This document shows, one piece after another, positions 52,687 through 64,000 of a stretch of DNA of 64,000 nucleotides. Location of the stretch: NCBI GenBank assembly GCA_038087875.1, contig CM075996.1:312001-376000 (forward strand), in the 5' to 3' direction. This DNA is from Malacoraja senta. Taxonomy: Eukaryota. Each line of letters begins with the position of its first letter. Positions within the stretch are counted from its first letter, which is position 1. The translations under genes and the position numbers were made by a program. A model generated the notes under the pieces. The model ran no database searches. It was not told where the DNA came from and was given only the letters and a program-made list of their open reading frames with translations.

Positions 52687-52798
52687 TTGAGACAGCCATT
52701 TTGAAGTTCCTCCCCCCGAGATTTTGAATCTCCACTGTCCTGAAGATTCCTGGTGGCACCAGGACGATGGTCAACGAGGACCTCTGGAGGAGATGGTT
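52687..52798 (-). CDS. Candidate exon of an unidentified gene (possible start ATG at 52699)
   Basis: Unique sequence bounded by ctcatctccctgcAG and GTAAGC. ttcaaaATGG has a strong Kozak context and gives MAVS+A (phase 1). Confidence 0.4.
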
Positions 52799-53316
52799 CT
52801 GCAGGGAGATGAGACGGTGCACGGACCCCCTGACTCAGTTTGGTTTGGTTTAGTCCAGTGATACAGCGCGGAAACAGGCCATTCGGCCCACCGAGTCCGC
52901 GCCGACCGGCCATCCCCCGACCACCAACACTCACACTATCCTCCACACCCTGGGGACAATTTACAATCCTTTCACCGAAGCCCTGACGAGCATAGACTTG
53001 ATGGGCCGAATGGCCTAATTCTTCTCCTATCACTTACCACCTTATGACTGTATGAACCAATTGACCTGCAAAACTGCACGTCTCTGGAGTGTGGGCGGAA
53101 TCCGGAGCACCCGGAGAAAACCCACGCGGTCACGGGGAGAACGCACAAACTATTAGTACACGTAGTCGGGATCGAACCTGGGTCTCTGACGCTGTGGGGC
53201 AGCAACTGTACCGCTGCACCACCGTGGCTGTGGAAGGGAGGGGAGTGATGGAAGGTCAGGAACTCTGTCCCACAGAGGGGGAGAGAGAGAGAAATCCTGG
53301 CCTGGGCATCTGATTT

Positions 53317-54820
53317 ACATAGAAACATAGAAAATAGCTGCAGGAGGAGGCCATTTGGCCCTTCGAGCCAGCACCGCCTTTCATTGTGATCATGGCTGAT
53401 CATCCACAATCAATAACCCGTGCCTGCCTTCTCCCCATATCCATTGATTCCGCTAGCCCCTCGAGCTCTATCTACCTCTCTCTTAAATTCATCCAGTGAA
53501 TTGGCCTCCACTGCCCTCTGTGGCAGAGAATTCCACAAAGTCACAACTCTCTGGGTGAAAACATTTTTTCTCATCTCAGTTTTAAATGGCCTCTAAGACT
53601 GTGGCCCCTGGTTCTGGACTCCCCCAACATTGAGAACATTTTTCCTGCATCTAGCTTGTCCAGTCCTTTTATAATTTTATATGTTTCTACTATAAGATCC
53701 CCCCTCATCCTTCTAAACTCCAGTGAATACAAGCCCAGTCTTTCCAATCTTTCCTCATATGACACTCCCGCCATCCCGGGGATTAACCTTATGAACCTAC
53801 GCTGCACTGCCTCAATAGCAAGGATGTCCTTCCTCAAATTAGGAGACCAAAACTGCACACAATACTCCAGATGTGGTCTCACTAGGGCTCTGTACAACTG
53901 CAGAGGACCTCTTCACTCCAATACTCAAATTCTCTCGTCATGAAGGCCAACATGCCATTCGCTTTCTTCACTGCCTGCTGTACCTGCATGCTTACTTTCA
54001 GTGACTAGTGCACAAGGACACCCAGGTCTCGTTGCACCTCCCTTTTTCCTAATCTGGCACCATTCAGATAATAATCTGCCTCCTTGTTCTTGCCGCCAAA
54101 GTGGATAACCTCACATTAATCTACATTATACTGCATCTGCCATGCATCTGCCCACTCACTCAACCTGTCCAAGTCACCCAGCAACCTCCAAGCATCCTCT
54201 TCGCAGTTCACACTGCCACCCAGCTTTGTGTCATCTGCTAATTTGCTAGTGTTACTTTTAATCCCATCATCTAAATCATGAATATATATTGTAAACAGTT
54301 GCGGCCCCAGCACCGAACCTTGCGGCACTCCACTCGCCACTGCCTGCCATTCTGACAGGGACCCGTTCACTCCTACTCTTTGTTTCCTGTCTGCCAACCA
54401 ATTCTCTATCCATGTCAATACCCTACCCCCAATACCATGCGCGCTAATTTTGCCCACTAATCTCCTGTGCGGGTCCTTAAGAAAGGCTTTCTGAATGTCC
54501 AGACGCACTACATCCACTGGCTCACCTTTCATCCATTTTACTTGCCACATCCTCAAAAAATTCCAGAAGATCAGTCAAGCAGGATTTCCCCTCATAAATC
54601 CATGCTGACTTGGACCGATCCTGTTACTGCTATCCAAATATGCCGCTATTACTTCTTTAATAATTGACTCCTGCATCTTCCCCACTGAAGGGCTAACTGG
54701 TCTACCATGCCACCTTTTTCTCTCTCTCTCTCGCTCGTTTCTTGAAAAGTGGGATAACATTAGCTCCCCTCCAATCCACAGGAACTGATCCTGAGTCTAT
54801 AGAACATTGGGAAATGATCG
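53317..54820 (-). mobile_element. CR1-clade LINE, degenerate RT domain to 3' end
   Basis: DVVRLDIQKAF, GVPQGSVLGPQLFTIYIHDL, LADDTKLGG, LVRPHLEYCVQFWSP; tail (ttctatgt)n. Confidence 0.95.
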
Positions 54821-55118
54821 CTGGAGTGGCGAGGACACTAAACGATTATCTACAGATGTTCGCCAGAGCGCCGTAGCCATTGGTTACGTCCCCAGAAAGC
54901 TTAGAGCCTCCCTTTCGACAGCATTGCAATGCTTAAAAATCCATTAAAATTGGGCTTTAGCCAAGCTGCTGAGCATGTTATTAAGAAAATTCTTCAGAAG
55001 CTGGATTCGCACGATTAGTATTCAGTCCTCTCCACGCAAGTGGTTTGCAACGTTCCAGCGGTTTCACCCTGAACTCAGACAATCCCTGCATACGGAATCG
55101 CCAGATGTGGTGGAATTA

Positions 55119-55355
55119 AAGGCCTGTCCCACTTTCACGACCTAATTCACGACCTCTGCCGAGTTTGCCCTTGACTCATACTCCCAGCATGGTTGTCACG
55201 AGGTCGTAGGAGGTCGTAGGTAGGTCGTAGCAGGCTGTGATGCTAGTCGTAGGTACTCGTGGCATCAAGTAGGCCGGGGCGTTTTTCTAGCCTGGTGAAA
55301 AATGTCCACGAGTAAAAATGGTCGTGAATTAGGTCGTGAAAGTGGGACAGGCCCT
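55119..55355. mobile_element. PIF/Harbinger-type MITE (reverse of the 26991 copy)
   Basis: TIR plus TTA TSD. Confidence 0.83.
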
Positions 55356-56359
55356 TTAGTAACTCTTTCATTTCCGTAGCGCCCTTCACATCCCTTCCCG
55401 TTTTTTCCGGAGCACTTGGCAGCCAGAGAACCGCGGACAGCACCGTTGGTGCACAGCAGGAGGCAACTGAGCCGTCCCACCACAACTAGGGAGCAGCGCT
55501 GAACTACTATCTACCTCTTTGGAGACCCTCGGACTACCCTTGATCGGACTTTGCTGGCGAACGTTATTCCATTATCATGTATCTCTGCACTGTGAATGGC
55601 TCGATTGTAATCATGTGTTATCTTTCCGCTGACTGGTTAGCGAGCAACAAAAGCTTTTCACTGTACCTCGGTACACGTGACAATAAACTGAACTGAACTG
55701 AACCGAAATTACCAATGCGGTAAAGATCTGAGTTTTGGTGTTATTGCTTCGTAGATTTGTAAGTTTATAAGCCAGAGCAGCAGAAGTAGGCCATTCGGCC
55801 CATCAAACCTACTCACCATTCAATCATGGCTGATCTACCTTTCCCTCTCAATCCCGTTCTCCTGTCTTCTCCCAAAAACCCCGACACCCGTACTGACCAA
55901 GAACCTGTCAACCTTCGCCTTATAAATACCCAATGACTTGGCCCCCACAGCCGTCTGTGGCAAGGAGTTCCACAGATTCACCACCCTCTGGCTAAAGAAA
56001 GTCCTCCTCATCTCCATTCTAAAGGTACATCCTTTTCTTCTGAGGCTGTGCCCTCTGGTCCTGGACTCTCTCAGAAGTGGAAACATGTAAGTGTGCGGGG
56101 ATCGTTGGTCGGCGCGGACTCGATGGGCCGAAGGGCCTGTTTCCACACTGTATCCCTAAACTAAGCTTTAAAAAGCTTAAACCTTGCATTGCTAGCTGGA
56201 CTGTGGATGGAAATTACTGTACGGCATCAACAGACGTTGCCAGTCTGAAGAAGTGTCCCGACTCGAAACGTCACCAATCCATGTCCTCCAGAGATGCTGC
56301 CTGACCCGCTGAGTTACTCCAGCACTTTGTATCTTTTTTTTTTTGCCTTTCTCTATTTA

Positions 56360-56662
56360 CTTCAGAGATACAGTGTGGAAACAGGCCCTTCGGCCCACCC
56401 TGCCCGTGCCAACCAGCCATCGCCTCGTACACTATCACTATCCTACACGCTATGGACAATTTACAATTTTACCCAAGCCAATTAACCTACAAACCTGCAG
56501 GTCTTTGGAGCGTGGGAGGAAACCGGATCACCCGGAGAAAACCCACGCAGGTCACGGAAAGAGGGTCCAAACTCCGTGCAGACAGCACCCGTGGTCAGGA
56601 TCGAACCCGGGCCTCTGGCTCTGTGAGGCAGCAACTCTACCCGCTGCTCCACCGTGCCGCCC
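56360..56662 (-). mobile_element. tRNA-derived V-SINE (HE1-like)
   Basis: Full-length reverse copy. Confidence 0.86.
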
Positions 56663-58064
56663 CACCGCTGAAGTCAAAACTAAACTATATTACACTAAAC
56701 TACACATCGCTGAAGCAAGTCTACTGATAACCGAGGTGATTGATGAGCCACTGGTGGTAAACGCAAAAAGGCTGTTTCTTGTACTTGAAGCCAATCAATC
56801 AAGGGCCTTGACTACAGGCTCATGTCAAAACCATGTCATGATGGATCGGGATTATTATTTTGAAGTTGAATCTTACACATCACCCTGGAGCATGTTTGTC
56901 CTGGCCTCCTCTACACGTTGAACTTTCTGCACTGCTTGAAGGCAGTGGTTATGTTATTGCAGATCATAAGGGATAGGAGCAGAATCAGGCCATTCGGCCC
57001 AGCAAGTCTACTCCGTCATTCAATCATGGCTGATCTATCTCTCCCTCCCAACCCTATTCCCCTGCCTTCTCCCCATAACCTGTGACACCTAAACTAATCA
57101 AGAATCTACCTCTGCCGTACAAATATCCACTGACGGCCTCCACAGCCTTCTGTGGCCAAAAATTCCATAGATTCACCACCCTCTGACTAAAGACATTTCT
57201 CATCTCCTTCCCAAAAGAACGTCCTTTAATTCTCAGACTATGACCTCTAGTCCTAGACTCTCCCACCAGTGGAAACATGCTCTCCACATCCACTCTACCC
57301 AAGCCTTTCACTATTCTGTAAGTTTCAATGAGGTCCCCCCTAATTCTTCTAAACTCCAGCGAGTACAGGCTCAGGGCCGATAAATGCTCATCATAGGTTA
57401 ACCTACTCATTCCTGGTGCTGTCTGTAGGGAGTGTGCGTGTTCTTCCTGTGACCGTGTGCTCACGATGGTTAAAAGGTCACAATGGTTCAAAGGTCAAAG
57501 GTGATTTTTAGTTCTGTAATTTAGAGATACAGCGCGGAAACAGGCCCTTCGGCCCACCGAATCCGCGCCTAGCAGCGATCACCCCATACACTAACACTGT
57601 CTACGCACACTAGGGACAATTTACGATTTTTACCAAGCCAATTAACCTACAAACCTGTACGTCTTTGGAGTGTGGCGGAGAAAACCCACGTTGTCACGGG
57701 GAGAACGTACAAACTCTGTACAGACAGCGCCCGTAGTCAGGATCGAACCCGGGTCTCTGGCGCGGTGAGGCAGCAACTCGACCGCTGCGCCACCTTGCCG
57801 CCCGTTCGCTTTTATTGTCAAGCGTGCCAGCGCACATTGAAATTCTATGATTGTGGGGTTAGGAGGGAGAGGAAGATCAGCCACAATTGAATGGCGGAGT
57901 GGACTTGATGGGCCGAATGGCTTAACTCCCCTGGTCCTATCCCTTACGACCTCATGACCATCTGAGGTCAGGATCGAACCTGGGTCGCTGAAGCAGCAAG
58001 ATGGCCGATCTCCCAGCTGCACAATTCTCCCGTCTAAACCCCAATGCCCACGGCTCTTGAGTTA

Positions 58065-58291
58065 AGGGCCTGTCCCGCTTTCACGACCTAATTCACGACC
58101 TTTTTTACTCGTGGACATTTTTCATCAGGCTAGAGAAGCGGCACGACCCACTTGATGCCACGAGTACCTACGACTAGCATCACGGCCTGCTACGACCTAC
58201 CTACGACCTCGTGACGACCATGCTGCGAGTATGAGTCAAGGGCAAACTCGGCAGAGGTCGTGAATTAGGTCGTGAAAGTGGGACAGGCCCT
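58065..58291. mobile_element. PIF/Harbinger-type MITE
   Basis: TIR plus TTA TSD. Confidence 0.83.
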
Positions 58292-58720
58292 TTACAGGGG
58301 TAATACACGACTGAAATGTTACTCAGGAAAAGGACACGTTCCCAGAAAATGTTCCTTAAAGCACGATTTTGAATTTTGTAAGCAGGAAAGGCTGCGCGAG
58401 GTACACGTCAGTATTTTGGAGCCGTCTATTCCTGTGAGTGAAGGCCTGTGAGCAATTTGTTATAATGAGAAATGGATTTGCAAATCAAGGACCCGCTTCC
58501 CTCAAGAGTCAATGGTGTTACAGCAAGAATCTGTGAACTGAGTCTTTCCAAACCGAGGAATACTCTGCCCCAGGTTTCGTGTTTGAAGGAGAAACGAGCA
58601 GATGTTGGAGTCTGCGGAGGCGGGAATCTGGAACAGGAAAAGAGAAAGTAGCTGGAGGAACACAGGGGGTCAGTCGGCCTCCGCGGTGGGTCGTGAACAG
58701 TCAAGGGCTTGGGTCAAGAC

Positions 58721-60358
58721 CAGGGGTGGGGAACCTGCGGCCTTAAGGCTGCATGCGGCCTTCTAGGCCATTAGGTGCGGCCTTTTGAATGAATCCTAAT
58801 ATATGTCTTTGTTCGTCTTTTATTACTTTTATTTTAATCTTAAAATGAACATATTTAAAATACTAAAGAGTAAAAGATTCAACAAAATAATCAAACTCAA
58901 ATTAGCATTTCAACCTCACCTAGATGATGTCTCCAAGGCTCCTAAAGAACTACAGATGGAATTGATTGAGCTCTCAGAAGATGACGTTTTAAAGTCCTTA
59001 TTTGTCGCTAAGAAAGATCCGATTGAAATATGGAAAAATGCAATCGAATACCCACGTCTTCAGCAACATGCACGGAAAATGCTTTCTTGCTTCTCAACCA
59101 CTTATTGCTGCGAATCGACATTCTCCTACCTAACCCAAATCAAGACGCCCTGAAGGTCACAAATGACGGATACCCATCTGGAAGATCAGCTGGAACTGCG
59201 TACCCAAATATGTGGCACCCAAATATTCAAATGCTTTCCCACAAAAAGCAGTCACAACAAAGTCATTAAAAGGTTAGTTAACTTTAGAATCAACAAAATG
59301 TTTTCATTTTCTTGAAGTTAGTACATAGTAGTTAGATTTTTACAAAATAATGTACATAGAAACATAGAAACATAGAAATTAGGTGCAGGAGTAGGCCATT
59401 CGGCCCTTCGAGCCTGCACCGCCATTCAATATGATCATGGCTGATCATCCAACTCAGTATCCCGTACCTGCCTTCTCTCCATACCCCCTGATCCCTTTAG
59501 CCACAAGGGCCACATCTAACTCCCTCTTAAATATAGCCAATGAACTGGCCTCGACTACCCTCTGTGGCAGAGAGTTCCAGAGATTCACCACTCTGTGTGA
59601 AAAAAGTTCTTCTCATCTCGGTTTTAAAGGATTTCCCCCTGATCCTTAAGCTGTGACCCCTTGTCCTGGACTTCCCCAACATCGGGAGCAATCTTCCTGC
59701 ATCTAGCCTGTCCAACCCCTTAAGAATTTTGTAAGTTTCTATAAGATCCCCTCTCAATCTCCTAAATTCTAGAGAGTATAAACCAAGTCTATCCAGTCTT
59801 TCTTCATAAGACAGTCCTGACATCCCAGGAATCAGTCTGGTGAACCTTCTCTGCACTCCCTCTATGGCAATAATGTCCTTCCTCAGATTTGGAGACCAAA
59901 ACTGTACGCAATACTCCAGGTGTGGTCTCACCAAGACCCTGTACAACTGCAGTAGAACCTCCCTGCTCCTATACTCAAATCCTTTTGCTATGAAAGCTAA
60001 CATACCATTCGCTTTCTTCACTGCCTGCTGCACCTGCATGCCTACTTTCAATGACTGGTGTACCATGACACCCAGGTCTCGCTGCATCTCCCCTTTTCCT
60101 AGTCGGCCACCATTTAGATAATAGTCTGCTTTCCTGTTTTTGCCACCAATTTGAAGTATATCTAATTGAAGTTTCTTAGAAGTCTGAAGAATGGTTTCGG
60201 CCCGAAACGTTGCCTATTTCCTTCGCTCCATAGATGCTGCTGCACCCGCTGAGTTTCTCCAGCATTTTTGACTACCTTTGAAGTTTCTTAGATGCGGCCT
60301 TATTAGATTACAGCTAACTTAATGCGGCATTCCAACAGGAAAAGGTTCCCCATCCCTG
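58721..60358 (+). mobile_element. Charlie-group hAT DNA transposon deletion derivative with transposase C-terminal remnant
   Basis: TIRs CAGGGGTGGGGAACCT...AGGTTCCCCATCCCTG; 8-bp TSD GTCAAGAC (58713-58720, 60359-60366). ORF remnant ELQMELIEL...YPRLQQHARKMLSCFSTTYCCESTFSYLTQIKT matches the hAT dimerisation region and is frameshifted. Confidence 0.92.
59353..60148 (-). mobile_element. CR1 LINE 3' fragment nested in the hAT element
   Basis: RDLGVMVHQSLK...LVRPHLEYCVQFWSP...RRLRGDLIETYK; tail tttctatg repeats. Confidence 0.95.
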
Positions 60359-61137
60359 GTCAAGACCCTTCATCTGGACTGATAGAGTAAAGGGGAAGTA
60401 ACCAGTATAAAGAGGTTTAGTTCAGTGATACAGGGCCGAAACAGGCCCTTGGGCCCACCGAGTCTGTGCCGACCAGCGATCCCCGCACACTTACACTATC
60501 CTACACACACTATGGATTATTTGCATTTATGCCAGGCCGATTAACCTACAAACCTGTACGTCTTTGGAGTGTGGGAGGAAACCAAAGATCTCGGGCGCGG
60601 CACGGTTGGCGCGGCGGTAGAGTTGCTGCCTCATAGCCAGCAAGCCGAGTTCGTTCCTGACTACGGGTGCTCTCTATACGGAATTTGCACGTTCTTTCCT
60701 TGACCCGCGTGGGTCTTCACCGGGAGCTCCGGTTTCCTCCCACACTCCAAAGACGTACATGTTTGTAGGATAACTGGCTTGGTATAAAATGTAAATTGTC
60801 CCCAGTGTGTGTAGGGTAGTGTTAATGTGCGGGGATTGCTGGTCGGTGCGGACTCGGTGGGCCGAAGGGCCTGTTTCTGTGCTGTATCTCGAAACTAACC
60901 TAAAGCCCACCCAGGTCACGGGGAGAAAGTACAAACTCCATACAGACAGCGCCCATAGTCAGGATGGAACTTGGGACTCTGGCGCTGTGAGGCAGCGACT
61001 ACCGCCGCGGCAACTTTCTGAGGGGCCCAATCAATTAATCCGACTCTCCTTCCTCCTTCTCTTCAATCCTACAAATATTTCCGTTCGTACATCCATTAGA
61101 AGTATTTACCATAGCTTCGACCCGCGGTCGATGAGAG

Positions 61138-61750
61138 CGTGGATTAAGAAAGCACATCAGTGCCTCTACTTCCTGAGAAGATTACGGAGAGTCGGTCTGT
61201 CAAGGAGGACTCTCTCTAACTTCTACAGGTGCACAGTAGAGAGCATGCTGACCGGTTACATTGTTCCTTGGTTCGGCAACTTGAGCGCCCTGGAGCGGAA
61301 AAGACTACAAAAAGTAGTAAACACTGCCCAGTCCATCATCGGCTCTGACCTCCCTTCCATCGAGGGGATCTATCGCAGTCGCTGCCTCAAAAAGGCTGGC
61401 AGCATCATCAAGGACCCACACCATCCTGGCCACACACTCATCTCCCCGCTACCTTCAGGTAGAAGGTACAGGAGCCTGAAGACTGCAACGACCAGGTTCA
61501 GGAATAGCTACTTCCCCACAGCCATCAGGCTATTAAACCTGGCTCGGACAAAACTTTGAACATTAATAGCCCTTTATCTGTTATTTGCACTTTATCAGTA
61601 TATTGATTCATGTGTGTATATATTTATAGAAGGGTATATGGACACACTGATCTGTTTTGTAGTCAATGCCTACTATGTTCTGTTGTGCTGAAGCAAAGCA
61701 AGAATTTCATTGTCCTATCAGGGACACATGACAATAAACTCACTTGAATC
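61138..61750 (+). mobile_element. Rex1/Babar-like LINE 3' fragment
   Basis: KKAHQCLYFLRRLRRVGLSRRTLSNFYRCTVESMLTGYIVPWFGN...HPGHTLISPLPSGRRYRSLKT.TTRFRNSYFPTAIRLLN. Related pieces at about 2130-2510, 5420-5650, 25800-26230 and 43700-44310. Confidence 0.85.
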
Positions 61751-61981
61751 TTGAATCTCTTGAGAACCACCATAAGGGGGGGAGGGGAAGGGGGTGGCGG
61801 GGGACAAAGGACAATGGGGCCCGGCATGGGGGACCTTCTGTGGTGGTGGGGGGGGGGGGGGGGACAAAAGGAGGAGCCGGCATGCTTTGTAACTTTGTCA
61901 GTGCCGTTGGTGGCCGCTATTTGTATACATCGTGTACGCAAGCAAAGAATCTCACTGTGCCCGGTCACAGGTGACAGTAAA

Positions 61982-62385
61982 GTAGACAGAAATGCTGGAG
62001 AAACTCAGCGGGTGAGGCAGCATCTATGGAGCGAAGGAAATAGGCGGCGTTTCGGGTCGACACCCTTCTTCAGACCGATGTGAGGGTGGTGGGGGGGAGG
62101 GGGCGGGAAGAAGTAAGGAAGAGGCGGAGACAGTGGGCTGAGGGAGAGCTGGGAAGGGGAGGAGAAAGCAGGGACTACCTGAAATTGGAGGTCAATGTTC
62201 ATACAGCTGGGGTGTAAACTGCCCAAGTGGAATATGAGGTGCTGCTCCTCCAATTTACGGTGGTCCTCACTCGGGCCATGGAGGAGGCCCAGGACTGAAA
62301 GGTCGGATTCGGAACGGGAGGGGGGGGGGTTGAAGTGCTGAGCCACCGGGAGATCAGGTTGGTTATTGCGAACCGAGCGGAGGAC
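61982..62385 (-). mobile_element. Penelope-like element 3' fragment: GIY-YIG endonuclease C-terminus plus pseudo-LTR with hammerhead-like core
   Basis: Minus ORF contains LRSVRNNQPDLPVAQHFN...LSVLGLLH...RKLEEQHLIFHLGSLHPSCMNID, typical of the PLE GIY-YIG C-terminus. It is followed by GGTCTGAAGAAGGGTGTCGACCCGAAACGCC and the common pLTR tail. Confidence 0.88.
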
Positions 62386-63054
62386 CACCTGTGACAATAA
62401 AGTTATCCTATTCATTATTCCAATGTGGCTGGTCCAAGACAAATAGCTGATGATAATCATTCCGTGAAGCTGTCGACAATCTCAACCTCCGTGCCGTCAA
62501 TGTGTGTACTGATTCACTTCCCGAAGTCAGTCACAATCTCCTGTGTCTTGTTGGCATCGACACCTTGCCAAGGGCATGCCAGTTGAATCTTGGAGGCTCA
62601 CCAAGGAGGCAAAATCAAACTGCTCTCAAACTGGTGCAATACCTTACTAATTACTGAGTTGGACATAGAAACATTGAAGCATAGAAAATAGGTGCAGGAG
62701 GAGGCCATTCTGTTTGCTTTGGTGTTACCTTCACCCAGCTAACAACGATCTATTCCACCTTTTCCTTGATCTCCATTCCCTTGCTCCTGTTTTCACACCT
62801 TACACATCCTTATCTATATACTCCCATAGAAACATAGAAAATAGGTGCAGGAGGAGGCCATTCGGCCCTTCGAGCCAGCACCGCCATTCATTGTGATCAT
62901 GGCTGATCCTTTATCTATATACTTCCTTATCTATATACTTCCTTATCTATGTACCACCCACTCCCCTGACATCAGTCTGAAGAATGGGGGTCTCGACCCC
63001 ACATGTCACCCATTCCTTCTCTCCAGAGATGCTGCCTGTCCTGCTGAGTTACTC

Positions 63055-63254
63055 NNNNNNNNNNNNNNNNNNNNNNNNNNNNNNNNNNNNNNNNNNNNNN
63101 NNNNNNNNNNNNNNNNNNNNNNNNNNNNNNNNNNNNNNNNNNNNNNNNNNNNNNNNNNNNNNNNNNNNNNNNNNNNNNNNNNNNNNNNNNNNNNNNNNNN
63201 NNNNNNNNNNNNNNNNNNNNNNNNNNNNNNNNNNNNNNNNNNNNNNNNNNNNNN
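63055..63254. other. Assembly gap (200 N)
   Basis: Run of N. Confidence 1.
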
Positions 63255-63524
63255 AAAGAGAGTGAGAGAAGGAGAGTGAGAGAGGGGAGGGAGGGAGGGA
63301 GGGAGGGAGGGAGAGGGGGATGGAGGGAGGGGGGGAGAGAGAGAAAGAGGAAAGGGAAGAAAAGGGAGAGGAGAGAGAGGGGAGAGAGGAGAAGAGCAAG
63401 AGGGAAAGGGGAGAACTGGGAGAGAAAGAACGGGGGAGCGGGAGAATGGGGAAAAAGAGTGAGAAAGGGAGAGGGAGGGAGGGAAGAGGAAAGGGAGAGA
63501 AGGGGGAGAGAGAGAGAGAGACCG

Positions 63525-63559
<35 letters not shown>

Positions 63560-63618
63560 AACAGAGAGACAGAGACAGAGACAGAGAGAGAGACAGACAG
63601 AGAGAGAGACAGAGAGAC

Positions 63619-63673
<55 letters not shown>

Positions 63674-63692
63674 GAGACAGAGAGAGAGAGAC

Positions 63693-63745
<53 letters not shown>

Positions 63746-63886
63746 GATAGACAGAGAGAGAGACAGAGAGACAGAGAGAGAGAGAGAGACGAGAGAGAGA
63801 CAGAGACAGAAAGAGAGAGACAGAGAGAGAGACAGAGAGAGACAGAGAGAGAGAGACAGAGAGAGAGACAGAGAGAGACAGAGAGA

Positions 63887-63920
<34 letters not shown>

Positions 63921-64000
63921 CAGAGAGACAGAGAGACAGAGAGAGACAGAGAGAGAGAGAGACAGAGAGAGAGAGAGAGACAGAGAGAGAGACAGAGAGA
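63255..64000. repeat. Purine-rich (GA)n/(GACA) simple repeat
   Basis: Directly visible after the second gap. Confidence 0.98.

Overview
Eukaryotic, repeat-dense vertebrate DNA, most likely a cartilaginous fish (skate/ray-like; inferred from the HE1/V-SINE and CR1 repeat content). It has two 200-N scaffold gaps (35534-35733, 63055-63254). Left of the first gap, seven minus-strand exons splice in frame to encode the domain II pore/S6, II-III linker and IIIS1 of a T-type calcium channel, best matching CACNA1I (Cav3.3). The first visible exon is cut by the gap. Nearly all predicted long ORFs are artefacts of repeats: CR1, Rex1/Babar and Tx1 LINE fragments, tRNA-derived V-SINEs, PIF/Harbinger MITEs, a Charlie-group hAT remnant, a solo LTR and microsatellites. 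The most notable signal is a very abundant, often palindromic Penelope-like element end carrying a minimal hammerhead-ribozyme core (CUGAAGA-A-stem II-GAAA-CGUH). It occurs on both strands, is attached to a GIY-YIG remnant at about 62.2 kb and is amplified as a 10-unit tandem array at 452-740. Between the gaps I found no upstream CACNA1I exons, but three phase-compatible candidate exons of an unidentified gene. Repeat boundaries are approximate unless TSDs are quoted.
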